64,000 nucleotides of DNA from contig NC_045698.1 of assembly GCF_009834535.1 (NCBI RefSeq), forward strand, positions 9,550,001-9,614,000, read 5' to 3'. Source of the DNA: Camelus ferus. Taxonomy: Eukaryota. This document shows positions 47,868 to 61,230 of the stretch, piece after piece. Position 1 is the first letter of the stretch, and every line of letters begins with the position of its first letter. Both the position numbers and the translations under genes were made by a program. The notes beneath the pieces were generated by a model, which was not told the DNA's origin, did not search any database, and saw only the letters and a program-made list of their open reading frames with translations.

Positions 47868-50800
47868 TGCACCAAATGAATTGACCTAACACTAAACACA
47901 TGTTAGTGTCCAGAACTGAGCTACGCATGGTTCTTGTCTCCAAGGAGCATACAAAAAGTGTGACATGTAATGCCTATAAATCCCATTATAAAGCAATTAA
48001 AACATCCTTCAGTCTAGAGCACTAGAATGTAAATGCTAAAGGAATACAAATGATTGAATAACCAAGTTAATGAAATCAAAGAAGACACAAAGAGCATGTG
48101 ACATTTGATCTGTGACTTGAACAAATGAGCAACAACTCAGTAGAAACAGAAGAATTATGAAGACAACTTCAGAGGGGTCTATGGCAGCCTGGCAGAGGCA
48201 CAGACATTTCAGAGGGACTTCATCAAGGCTTAAGACATCTTCAAGTACAAGCAATGAATTAGTACAAAGGTTGTTTAAAATGCAACCTGTACGAGCTATG
48301 ACACACTCCAGAAAACCAAGGGAAATATTATGTATAAAATTCAACTTTAAGGTTGGGTCTGCATGAATTGTTCTGTCAAGCTATTGCTCCCAAACGTGGG
48401 GTCTTAAAACAGTATTCAATATATGACTCCAGGAATTCCTGATCTCCCAGGAATTTGGGACAGAGATGTATTTAAAACAGAATTAAGATAAAATTAACCC
48501 TTTCGCACATGTATGTGGAGGTGGTTTTATGTACACAATAGACTTATCACATTTAGATGTGGTTTAGGAAGTCTTGAGACATTTCTGTTCACATGCGTTG
48601 TAGAAAACTTAAGATCTGACTGCCTCATTAGCAGGTAAGATAATCCTTTTAGTAAGAATGGTGAATACAACCATGTGATGTGACTATGTAAATTTTGTAA
48701 AATCATCAACTACGGACACACTCATCTTTCTGGGTTAATCCATAACGACTCAGTTGACTTCTCTGCCCAAGGTCAATCACACAGTCCTCGGAAAGCTACT
48801 GATGCAGCTTAAATGGAATTCGGAGTTGCTAAACAGAATAGGCTCCATGTTGAATTGTGATTTACATCTGATTCCTGCCTTAACTGTGCTTGTTCATTCA
48901 CACATTCTAGCTCAATCTCTCAAATGCCAGTCTTTATTTGTAGCACACCTTGTGTCATAACACCCTGAAAACCAACAACAGAAAACACCTGGTTACTAAT
49001 TGTAGACAAGGAGCTACCTAATGATCTGTGTATTCTGAGACAATTCCTCGTTATGTGCTATTCCTGTGTCCATTCAATTGATAGACAGTAAAAAACTAGA
49101 AAGGTCCTCTCACCAGGGCTCTGTGAGGTGACAAGTAATAGGTTTAGGATAATTGAAACCATCCTGTCCACGAAGATTCAAGCACAACAAACCACTAAGG
49201 ATATATAGTAGATTCTCATATTAGTTTCCAGGTTCTCTTTTTTAAAAAAAAAAAAAAAGAGTACTGTGGCTAGGGAAAAAAGTCCTGAGGCTGAGTGTCT
49301 TCTGTTTTCCTGGTCCCAAGCCATCTAAGTGGGATGCGAGCTTCTTGCTTCAGGACCATTTCCTGAAGCCTTAGATTTTGAAAATGCACTTGCTTAAGAT
49401 ACACGCTTTTGATTATTGGGTGTTTATAAGCTGACTTCTTCAGAACAACTTGCTTTCCCTTCATAAACTCAGCAAACTAACACAAGTGACAGTGTGATAC
49501 TGTGTGCTGTTTCTCTCACCCAGCCTGCTGGATCTGGGTCTCCTAGACCTGGCAACAAAGATAAGCTAAGAGTAAGACAGAGTTGTGGCAACGAGGGGTG
49601 AAGGATGACTGTTGCTGAAAACCTTCTTTAAGATTCTGTCATTGTCTATATGCCCCATTAAACATGTCACAGGAAGGATCATACCACGACTTTAGTGTTT
49701 AAATGTCTTGCCCAAGGGAAGGGTCTATCCAAGCACTAAGGCTTAGTATAGATTATATTCAGTGAGCATAGACTGATTTTCTTTAAATTTTGTTATGTTA
49801 GGATGCCTTTCATAAACAGAGGCGTTCCAGATTGTTTTTGTGTTAGTAGAAAATCCCACCATCACCTAGTGAGTCTCTGATTGTTTTGTCCTATAACACA
49901 GGACATTTTAAAATGCTAACAATGTTAACAGATATTTTAAATGTGATATAAATATTGTACACACATCTATATGAACACAGATAATTATTATGTTTTTAAA
50001 CAGTAATGACAGTTGTTTTATTGATCAGAAAATTAATGCTATCTTGCTAATTAACCAAATTCCAGAAACATGTGGCTTTAATTTTTTTTTAATTCACAAT
50101 GTTACTGCAAATAGAGATTAGTGCCATTTAACTATTAAGTAGTCAAATCAACTATTTGAGAACATGGAATAACAAATGTAATAACATCCATATTACCTAT
50201 GTAAATGGTTTTTTGATTTGTGCTATTATCAATTTTTGGCACCCATTATTCTAAAACTGCATTTTCACTTAAAAGAAGAAAAATGTGCAAATGTGTAAGC
50301 TGAATTAAAGAATGATGTGATGGGAGAGTTTCTTGTTGCTAGGGAACCAGATCCTTTTATGCCTATTTAAATGGCCCTTTCCTTGGTAAAGACTGGATTT
50401 GTGTCATTTAGTAAAAAGTAGAAGTTGAAATTAGAATAAATAAATATATATGTACCAAATAAACAGTGCAAAGTTGTACTTACAAACTATGAGCCTTTAT
50501 ATATTCAGTCAGCACATTGATTAAGTTATCTTTAAATTATCATTCAAAAATAAAGATAACACTAGTGGGCATAGTAGATAATGCTAGTGGACAAAGATCA
50601 CAATACTGAGACAAAGCATTACTATGTTTTATTTTATACCAAAAATGTGTGAAATTTGTTTTTTCAGTTGGCAAGTATTTCTGAGTACCTATTGTGTATA
50701 GGCACAGAACCGTGTGAAATTCATGATTAAAACTGCATTTTACAGGATCTTCTAACATCAGCTACTGACTATCAAATAAACAGCATAGAAGAATCCAGGG

Positions 50801-51398
50801 CCATAAAGTCATCGTGAGCGTCCCCCCTAAAGCACAGTGAGCTACTGCCATCCCCATTTTACAGGCAGGAATGCAGACGGTCAGAGGGTCTAAATACCCT
50901 AACCAAGGGTCCTTCTAAGTATTTTGTGGGTGGCAGATATTTTTCCAACTAGACTGTGTAACTTTTGTTACACAGAATATGTATGAAGAATATGTATGAA
51001 GAATGACTTACACTGAAAAGAAAAAAAACAATAAAAGACGTCACAATAATATTCAACAATTTGTTGCTGTTATAATTATGACTTATAAGCTTTGACTGTA
51101 TCTTATCCGATGATTGGATCCCAGATTCTGTTTTGTCCGTTCAAGACTGAATCTAGTCCTTATCTGTTGCTTCCTCTCTTCCCTTAGCTCCCTTCACATG
51201 TCCTATCCACTTTGTCTAGCCCATCCTATTCAATCTGAATTCATAACTAATACTTATCATCATTTGCTATGTTTTTATTCTTCATCATTCTATTTATTAA
51301 AATAAATTGGAAGTAGAGTTTCACATTACCTAGGTCTGCTGTCCAAGGTTGCAAGCAGTAAGAAATACCCTTCTAGGGCTCTCTCCCTTTTTGCCTAA

Positions 51399-51480
51399 TT
51401 TTTTTTTTTAATTATTGAAAAATAGTCAGTTTACAATGTTTTGTCAGTTTCTGGGTACAGCACAATAGTTCAGTCATACT
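51399..51480 (-). mobile_element. very short L1 3' terminus, cetartiodactyl-type
   Basis: poly(T) then 'attgaaaaatagtcagtttacaatgttttgtcagtttctgggtacagcacaatagttcagtcatac'. Confidence 0.7.
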
Positions 51481-51789
51481 TTCTCAGGGTGATCCGTCTC
51501 CCACCATAAAATGTTCCCCAAGCCAGACAAGGACTTCATTTGCATTCTTCACCTGAGATAAACGTTTACATTGATAATTTGGGTTTTCTTGTGAAGAAAA
51601 AGCTTCACATAATTTGAGTATTACTATTTTTGTTAAACTCTATTCAAATGAATTTTTACAATTATCAAATTAGATTTGGAGGAAGAAAAAGTAATGATCC
51701 ATTTAGAACAGAGATGTTTGGACCTGTATGAATGACTTAAGTTTTGGTTCAAACGGGCCCAAGGTTCTTGCATGTTAGATCTCTAGAGC

Positions 51790-51905
51790 TTATTTACTAA
51801 TTATCACTACAATGGCAATCACATTACAATATATAAATGTATCCAATTAACTCACTCCTTAAATTTGCACAATGTTATATGTCAAATATATGTCAATTAA
51901 AAACA
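51790..51905 (+). mobile_element. short L1 3' terminus
   Basis: 'atggcaatcacattacaatatataaatgtatc...ccttaaatttgcacaatgttatatgtcaaatatatgtcaattaaaaa'. Confidence 0.75.
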
Positions 51906-53664
51906 ATAATTTTTTAAAGTTCTTTGTGGGACAAATTATTTCTATCTGAGAAAAAAAGAAAATAATGGGAAAAAGAAAAGAAAGGAAAGTTATAGGAAAG
52001 AAAACCAGACATAGATCATTCATACAGGGAAAAAATTGGCTTGATGTGGTGGAATTATTTTTCCCTTTTTTGTTGTGTGACTTGGCAAGAATAGAAGGAG
52101 TTGTGAACAAGGGACTTGAAGGAAAAAAAGAGAAACCTTTGTAAGAATAACTTAGAAATAATAATCAGGGAATTTTCATGTGTTTTCTACATGAGTGGAA
52201 GGATTTGGTACACTAAAATATCATTCCGATATACAGAAGGATTTGACCAGAAATATAAAAAGTCAAGGTGAGCTGATGCCTTCAAACTAGGGAGGAAAAT
52301 GAAGAAAATTAAATTATATGAAGCAGCAGTTAATTAAAATATAATTTTCAATACTGGCACATTTTAAACATGTTTGCCTTTCTGTATGATTTTTGTAACT
52401 GCTTCATTTTTCTTATAACTGCAGTATTCTAATACTATGCTCCTTTCTTAAAGAATTATAAAACATTTGTCCAAGTAATAATTAAGCAGTTAATTATTAT
52501 ATTTCAGTTAGCTGCCATGGGAGTGTAGTTGCTGTACCAGAATATGGTAAAAAAAAATGTCTTGTCCAACCTATGACAGCAAACCTTAATTACGGAGCAA
52601 TCAGAGTGGCAGAAACTGCCTCAAGGGTACAAATTATTCAAATACAAGACGAGGAAGAAAAAACAAACATTACGCAGATGAGGTTCTGTTCCAAAGCTGA
52701 AAATGTAGATGGTATAGAAAAACCAGTGTGCAGTACATAAAGGCAGCAGAAGTACTGGGCATTTCTGGTCCCTAATGACATCCTGTTGCTGCACGTGGAG
52801 CATCCAACCTCTCAGAGATAAGGTGTCAAGGTCAAGTTATGACAGATGTATTTCTACAGCTATTAACACCTAGTAAATGTTCAATGAGATTTGAATTACT
52901 TGTGGGAGATATTTTCTCATGGGATGAAATGCTATTGGTTATGAACCAACAATTACTTTACACCTAAATTACAATTAGTAGTAATAACAATCCAAGTATA
53001 ATTTTTCTTAATTTACAGAAGTAGAAAACTTCCCTAGGTTGTTGTATAACTAAGGAAGTAGCCATGTTCCTAGAGATGAAGATCAAGTGTTCACTCTTTC
53101 CCCAAGGGACTGATATGGTGAAGTCTGGTAAACTCCTTCAGGTCCCATATTAAGCAACACCTCGCTGTAATTTCATCTTGTGGTATCACTGCTAAGCATT
53201 AATTAGAATACTCTATATTTTCAAGAACCTCCCATCCATCCACCCAGTACTCTACATCCCCCTGATCCCTTGATCCGTGTTTCTACTGGAATATCTGCAC
53301 CTTTAGTAGAGCATTTCAGTTCTGGGAGCTCATTTAACTTCTCTGGGAAATAGTATGGTTACTAGTGGAGGGTATAATTCTGGGTCTGAGGAAGTGCGCC
53401 AAGCTGTCTGCCATTGTTCCTTCAACTCTCCATTCTGAAGCATGTAAATGTTTGAGAATGTTTAGTCTCAACTGAGATTAATTTCTGGTGTAGTAACCTG
53501 AAACACTGATGAAACAGTTATTGCTTTCGAGACTCATAAGAATGTATTGTTTTTTCCGTTAGTCTGAAAAATAAGTTACTTTGGACAGAAAAACTTTGCC
53601 ATTTGGTGGGATTCTTGAGTTGTTAGCAGCATCCTCAGCAATTCATTAGTGTCTTCAAGAAAAG

Positions 53665-54218
53665 TGTCAGGGAGGAAGAAATTTCTCTCTGCCCTTTTGG
53701 GTTATTCTGGCTGGTCTAAGAATTAAATTGAAATGAGACAGATTAACAGGAGAAAATCAAACAAAACTTTAATAACATGTATATAGGGGAAGACAGAGTA
53801 ACTCACCAAAAGGGTCAAAAACCTCATGGTAAATATAATCTTCACCTAAAAAAAAAACAAAAAAAGATGTTGAGTGTAGTGGTTTGGGACTTTAATGGGA
53901 AGGAAGGCAATTCACATGGAAATGAAAATGTTTACCAAATGTTTGGTAAACAAATGTCTTTGAGCCATGCAGAGACAGTGGGGACACAGAGTTTAGCCCT
54001 TCTGAGTTTCCCCCAACACACCTAGCTCATATTCTTTGCAGACATCTCTGGTGATAGCTGTATTCTGGAAATAGGCCCTTCTCTAACTAAATTCTTTTAT
54101 ACAGTTAAGGGAAAGGTCAAAGTTTCTTCCTGAGTCCTTTGGGTCTTGATTGTTTTCAGCTTGAAGTAATCTGCATGCTAAAGGGATGTTTTGGGGTGGC
54201 AAATTTTGTTCCCCTACA
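53665..54218 (-). mobile_element. ERV1-like solo LTR (MER34-like group)
   Basis: TG...CA termini; minus strand starts TGTAGGGGAACAAAATTTGCCACCCCAAAA; internal 'gacagattaacaggagaaaa'; no clean TSD seen. Confidence 0.7.
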
Positions 54219-55324
54219 CAAATAAATACTATTTCGCTCCTGAAATTTTACCAGTAATTTTACTACTAGTGGAAAGAGAAGAAGTCTAGTCATACAGACT
54301 GGTGTACTATCCCTTCTTTTTTTAATTTCCTACCTGATCAACATTAAGAAAGTTGCCTAACATCTCTAAAACTCAGATTCAGCTTCTGTAAGATGATTGC
54401 CTCACAGGATTACATGATGGAAGATATATAAGTCTAGTACAGGACTGCCATATCCTTTTTATACATACATCTATAGTTAATAGTTAATGTATTATTGAAT
54501 CTTGTTGGCTGACCTTATTATTTCAAATAGATGGAAAATTCATAGAGAATAATCAATGTCTTAAAACTCTTTACTATCTCGTGGGACATTAGGATACTGC
54601 TGAGTAAAATGTAGGCACTGATAAACTCCCAGTAATTAGGAGGTCCAAACAGAATTCAGCATAATAACTCAGAGTCTCCCTGATCACTCATGCATGCCAC
54701 TTACTTCTACTACATCCCTCCTGTGGACTTTGGGAAGTGACTCAAAGATGTTACTAGGCTATTCATATGGCAGAGAATTTATAAGGGAAACTTGGAAAGG
54801 GGAAATTTGGAGAGTTGCCATGATCAACAGTCTAGACTAACACTGTCAGTTCCTAGAAGAATAATCAAAAGAAAGCAGGTGTTTAAAGGCTTCCAAGAGC
54901 TTAAGAAGGTGGTGGAAGGGCACCCCCAGATTAGTTTTCAAGTATCGTATTAATGTGTAACCTCAACCCTGATACAAGAGGCTCTGGGAGCACAAAACGA
55001 CAGTCTTTTCCTTCAGAAACTGTTTTTTTTTTTTTCCCCCTTATAAATCATATCCCCCAACTATCCTTATATAAGCTGGCAATATTAATCCCACTCTGAA
55101 AGTCAATATTAATGGTACAGTATTTCAAAACAAATGAAGAATCTGAGTTACACTGAGGTTACTTTTCTTCTTCAAGTTCACTGAAATGTTGAGACTAGAA
55201 CCCAAATGGTTTTAGCTTTCTAAGTCAAATTTCTCTTCATCAGTTTGAATATAAGCTATTAGTTTGGATGACATTAGTACCAGAAAAACAATTGCAAGAT
55301 TTACAAATATTCTTAAAAATCTGA

Positions 55325-55432
55325 ATATATACATACATATACACCCACAAATAGACACCTATATATACATACATACATACACATGTACACACACGTACAT
55401 ATACATGTAGGTACACAAATGCACAAATATAT
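55325..55432. repeat. degenerate (TACA)/(TA)/(CA) simple repeat
   Basis: Seen directly. Confidence 0.8.
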
Positions 55433-57820
55433 GATTGGAGGGAATCAATTGTGCGTTTCCATAGTAAATATAATAACCAGATACAGGAAAGTAATAGACA
55501 CTCTAAATCATATGGTGTCAGTATTCATTAGTGTTTAAGAAAATACTCCTATCCTAATGAGTTATTTTATAGCAAATATACTCCTCTGGTTTAATTTTTG
55601 CATATTTGCTTCAAAATATAAGTTTAAAAAAGAAAAAATTATCAAGTAGCATACAAAACTTTTTTCATACTAAAACACAAAAGAGTAAACATGTGTTTTA
55701 AATTTATCAGCTGTTTTTCAAAAATGTTTTATTTTATTTCAGAATCAATCCAATTTATAGCAAACCATCCTTAGAAAAATTTATGAATACAACAAATTTT
55801 ACTTTATATATAGGTCATTGTTATTTGATATATTTAAAATCACCTTTTAACCATGCTTTTTTAAATGGAAAAAACTCATAAAGTGTATTAATCATAAGTC
55901 AACTGTAAATTGTCATTTCCCTTTGCATGTCACAATCCCAACATTCCTCAGGAGTATCTGACACAAATAGAAGGAGAAGCTTATCTCTCCTCTGCAGCTG
56001 AGTGACCACCACCTGCCCACAGCACCACCATGTCTTTAAGGGACTCAAGTTCATGTATGTATATAATCACCAAGTCTCCTGGCTTAATGCATTCCTGAAA
56101 TTGGTGTAAGCCACGATTTATTGTGACCATGAAAAGCTAGTTAACTTCTCTGAAAAATTTCCAGAGGAGTTTTGGGGAAGGAAGTAAAGGGCAAAGCGGA
56201 TTACTTATTCCCCAAACTTCCCTCAAACTCTTCAAAATTCATTGTTCCTAATTGAGGATGGAGCCAATGTCTTCAGAAAACCATTTGCTCTCTGATTCAG
56301 GGAACATCAAGAGAAACTTTCTGTTAACAGATGCTCTGCTGTTATAAATTCATTACAAAGATAGCTAAAACCCTGAAAAAAAAAATTGTAGGAAAACTGC
56401 TAGCTTCTAAGAAGACACATGAAGCCGAAAGAAGCTCTTCATTTGACTGGAAAAATTCCAAACACCAAGAGACATTCATTCTGATGAGCTGTCATGAGGT
56501 GTTACGAGGCAGAGAGATGTGTGCGCTGCCAAAATTTGCCCTTCCTCCGTACTTCTCACTCTTTCTCCAGCTTGTGCTGATGGAAATAGGAGTTCTCTCT
56601 TTTAGGACAGTTGTTTTTCACCTTGCTTTGGTTTAAAAAAAATACTCACCCCTGGGGAAAAAACAGCGTATCTCACAAACCATAACTCGGTTATAGAAGT
56701 CTCAAACTTCTGCTCTATACTTTTTGCATAAAATTTACTTCTGCATTCTCCTTTTATGCCTTGAACCATGAATTTTATAGCTGCCCTTTTCTCATTTCCT
56801 ACGTAAGAAATCAGACTATGTATTAAGATCCCAATGGAACTGAACTACATTCTTTGTGATTAAGTCCCGGAATTGCCTTGAATTTTGCCCATATCATTCT
56901 CACTCTTGGCTCTTTGAGCCACTCAGCAACATTTGTTAAGCACTTAAGATGTGTAAAGGAGTCAGGGGAGAGCTTGCACTTAGAGAAAGGCCAGTTCTGC
57001 AGACCACCATTGAACTAAATCCAAGAGCATGAAGGGCATCCTTGTGCAGAGCTCCAATGGGAGATCAGAATTCTTCCTGCTTCTGTCAAATTTCCTCTGC
57101 ATCCCTCCCTCCCTCCACCTTCACAACATCTCCATCACTCTGTACCTTGGATCAACTGGATTGATCTAATTATGTGCTTTATCCCTCTTCACCTCAGTCA
57201 CCACAGAAGACCCAGGTCTCCAAGGTCATTCTTCACCCCTCAAAGGTCAACCCATATCTGCTTCATAAGCTGCCGTTTCCATCTCCCACCCTCCGTCTTC
57301 TGAATTCTTTTCATTCATTGTGCCCTGAGACACTCAATCAATTACCAGCCCTCTCCCTTAACCTCAGCATCTTCCCCCAAATGTCCTCTTCACATTCTTA
57401 ATCTGACTGAGCCCCGGCCCCCCTGAGGGCACTGATTTCCTTCTAGCCTCTGAGCAGTAGCTGTTTACCTCCCACTCTTTGTGTACTATGGGGTCTGGAG
57501 CTGCAGTGAGTGTCCCTTTTGTTCCTCATCATTTCCAGAACTTTATCTGTCCTTTGTCCATCAAAACTCCCTGCATTAGGTCATTTCATCAGATGTTTTA
57601 CCTTCCTGTTGTAGTCATCTCCCATGCTCATAGGGCTCCACCTCCCTTTCTTGCTAGAGGAGTTCAGCTTCTGGCTACTGTCACTCTTTCCAATACTACT
57701 CTATCATAATTAAAACCCACATTGATCATCCATCCATTCTCTCAATTCCTTGGATTCCACTCCTCTAAAGTTATTCTCTTTAACTCCACCTTGTCCATTT
57801 ATTCCCATGATCATATCTTA

Positions 57821-58866
57821 ATGAACTAAATAAATGCTTTTTGACCACCACACCACCACCACCACTCTGCCCTCTGCCCCCTACTGAATTCATATGCTAA
57901 AGCCTTAACCTCTAAAGTGATGGTATTGTAATTAAGCAGGACCCTGTAGAGCCTTCCTGGGGCAGACCTCCCCCATCCACCCCACCTGCCATGTTCTCTG
58001 CCTGCCTGTTTGTAGAAGAACTTTGGACTCCTAGGCCTTCTCCAAGTTCCAAAGAATAAATTTAATCAGAGAAATGTGAAAATTCAGAAATAAAAGAGAA
58101 TAGTCAAGCAAGACAAAATAACAGCTTAGTCATTAAACAAAGTCAAGGACTTTTAATTCCTCCTCAAGGGCTATGGATAATATTTTGAGCCATATCCTTT
58201 GAACTTTTTTGCAGATACTGAAACCCCAACACCACATGGAAGAAGTTACCTATGTGCTGACCACCAGCACGTAGACCCCAGACCATTGGAATGAGAAGGT
58301 TGATGATATGACTTCTGGTTACCTTACCACCAACCAATCAAAAGAATGCCCATGAGCTGATCATACATCCTGCAACCCTCTCCACATCCTGATTTTAAAA
58401 CATTTCTCTGAAAGTCATTGGGGAGTTTGGGTCTTCTGAGCACTGGCTGCCTGGACTCCTTACTTGGTGTCTGCAATAAATGCTGCACTTTCCTTCACCA
58501 CAGCCCAGTGTCAGGCTTTACCGTGTGCAGGGGAGTGGACCCAAGTTTGGTTCAGTAACACTATTGGAGTTGGGGCCTTTGAAAGATAATTAGGTTTAGA
58601 TGAATTCATGAGAGTAGGGCTTCATGATGAGATTAGTGTCCTTAGAAGAAGAGGAAAGATCAGAGCTCTCCCTCTCTCTCCACCATGTGAGGACACAGCA
58701 AGAAGGCAGGCTGTTTGCAAGCCAGGAAGAGAGATCTCAGCAGGAACAGACTTCAGGCACCCTGATCTTGGACTTTCCAGGCTACAGAACTATGAGAAGT
58801 AAATGTTTATTGTTTAAGCCACCTAGTCTGTGTTTTTTCTTATGGAAGCTCAAGCTGATTAAGACA
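57821..58866 (+). mobile_element. MLT1A-like LTR inside L2, itself split by an ERV1-like LTR
   Basis: 'aattcatatgctaaagccttaacctctaaagtgatggtat|tggagttggggcctttg...ccatgtgaggacacagcaagaagg...gctgattaagaca'. Confidence 0.85.
57927..58560 (+). mobile_element. ERV1-like solo LTR (copy B)
   Basis: TG...CA termini, AATAAA at 58475-58480, TSD-like gtat (57923-57926) / ctat (58561-58564), same family as 32312-33065. Confidence 0.88.
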
Positions 58867-60719
58867 TCTAAGAATTCTTCAAACTCACCAGGACCTATAA
58901 TCTATTGATTCGATTTCCTTTTTACTTTGCTCACCCATGATCTCCTCTCTTCATTCCTTATGCTGCTTAAGTCCCATGTTCAATTATCATAGGCACTTGC
59001 CTGCATGGACCTTCATCTCCCTCACTCATCCCTTGCTTCTTGTGTCATCAGTTTCCTTCATCCCACTCTTTCTTGAAAAATTCATATCATGTTTTTGCCT
59101 CCACAACTCCATAGAAACTGTGCCTCTTGAGGTCACCATCATTGCCATTTTGCTAAATCTAATGGTCAGTTCTGGGTCCTTATCTTCCATGGCCTATCAG
59201 CAGAATTTGACAGAACTGATCATGACTTTCTTTTTGAAACATTGTCTTCTCTTGGCTTCCAGGACATCTGATTTTCTTTATTGTCCTCAAATCTGTCTCA
59301 GTCTCTTTTGCTGTCTTTTAAGACCCAAGTTTCAGAGGAGGATTTCCCCAGGACATATCTGTTGGACCTCTTCTACATCCACTTCCCGGTTGATCTCAGC
59401 CACCCTCATAGCTTCAAGTATCATCTATACATTGATGGTTTCTTACCTTGTATCTCCAGCTCCAACTTCTTCCCAGAAACCCAAACCCACATCTCCAGTT
59501 ATCTACTTGATATCTTTCATGACATATTTAGTAAATGCTTCAAACTTAACATGCTCAAAACTAAGCTGCTAATATTTTGCTGAAACCAAATCCTCCTGCA
59601 GCTTTCCCCATATCAGTTAATAGCAGCTCCATTCTTGCAGCACATGAGCCAAAATCAAGTAGTTTTATTTGTCAGGATTTTTTTCTTTACACTACGTGTC
59701 CAATATGTCCAAAACTCCTGTTTGCTCTACCTCCAGCATACATCCATAGTGTGATCATTTCTCACTAACTTCTCTATCCACTTAGTACAAGTCACCATAA
59801 TTTCCAGCCTGGTTTATTCTGGTAGCTTCCTATTTAATCTCACGTCTTCCACCCTTTCCTCTGTATAGTCTGTTTCCAACACAGTATAAGAGCAATCTTA
59901 TTAAACTATGGCAGGCCAGGTCCTCCATTTACTCTAAACCCTCAAATGTCTTCACATCTCACTCAGAGAAAACAATAAAATTCTTATCACCTACAGGCTC
60001 ATACGCTTTCTGACTCCACATCACCTCTCTCATCGATTCTCCTACTCTTCCTTCTCTCACTCCTCACTCCTCTATGAAGGACTCGATGTTCTGCAGCCAT
60101 ACTTGAGATGGTACAGTCTCATCTCAAAAAGTTTGTGTTTGCTCTTCTGCCTGCCTGAAAGCCTTTTATTCTAGAAATCTAGATACCTGCCTGGATGTCT
60201 CCCTCACCTCCTTTATTCAAAGGCATCCCTCAGGGATGTCTTTTCTGGTCATCCTATATAAGTTTCAGTGCTGTCCCACGTTCTTTTTTTGTGCCACCCG
60301 AGATTCAGGCATTTGCCTTGCTTTCAGCTGGAGCAACACTAGCAATGGTGATGCTACTCCCATGGTCAGTAATCCAGGTCACTGCCATTACTGTAGATTG
60401 AGGGACAAGCTGTAGCAGTAACTCCCAGCCTTCTTGTTGTGCATAATTGCTACCTCAACATCTTACCTTTTCCATTCTTCACACACCTCTCACCACCTAC
60501 CTTGCAACCTCTGTACAGCCACTAAAGCTAGAGACACCACGGGAGCTGGTCAGTATGCTGCAGGCACAAGCTGAAGCCATCAGATACCCTCCGCTCCTCT
60601 TCTTCTCCCTGACATGCTGCTCAGAGACACGTTTGCTTCACATATGCCCTCTGAAAAGGCCCTGGGAGCTGGGAAAGCAAACGACTGCTCAGCCACAAGC
60701 AGTAGCAAGTTCAGCGAAC

Positions 60720-61230
60720 ACATTTTCTTATATTTACTCTCTTAGAATGGTCCATGTTATTTCCCAAAAGCATCATTCTCGGTGCATCACTCTCCCAGTT
60801 TAAAAACCTGTCCTTAGTTCCCCTTCTTCTGTAGAATAAACCACCAGGTTCTTAAGGCAGAATTAAAGTTTGGTAACAATCTCCAGTCTTTCTCTTGTTT
60901 GTCTGGTGTTGCAGCCAAAATAAACCAATCACCATCCCTAGACTACATCCAGAAGTTTTCTACCTACATGTCTTGGCTCAGAAGTTCACCTCCTCCAGGT
61001 GGTGACCCTCATTTCCTCCTATCAAAATGATTTCTGTATTTTCATGATCTGGATTAAAAGTCACATCCTTCACTTCCACCCCAAATAAATGATTCACATT
61101 TCCCTGTGTAACAACTTATAATGCTATTCTGGTATTGTTATTTATGAATTAATTTATATCTTTTTTCTTAAAGTCTATACTCCTTGGGGGCAAAGACAGT
61201 ATTTTCTATCTCTGCCTCCCTTGTAGTAAC
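60720..61230 (+). mobile_element. degenerate L2 3' region
   Basis: 'catcactctcccagtttaaaaacctgtccttagttcccc...gtctatactccttgggggcaaagacagtattt'. Confidence 0.5.

Larger units (their letters stand above)
57170..60270 (+). mobile_element. long L2 remnant (endonuclease- to RT-coding region), interrupted at ~57821-58866
   Basis: EN-like 'ctgactgagccccggcccccctgagggcactg' near 57400; RT-like frame near 59190 reads LSAEFDRTDHDFLFETLSSLGFQD (cf. L2 LSAAFDTVDH..L.TLSSLGF); 'ttcaaacttaacatgctcaaaactaagct'. Confidence 0.8.

Noticed and set aside
58937..59572. 211-aa plus-strand ORF as a protein-coding gene
   Set aside because: Lies within pyrimidine-rich L2 sequence and is out of frame with the L2 RT motif; no recognisable protein.
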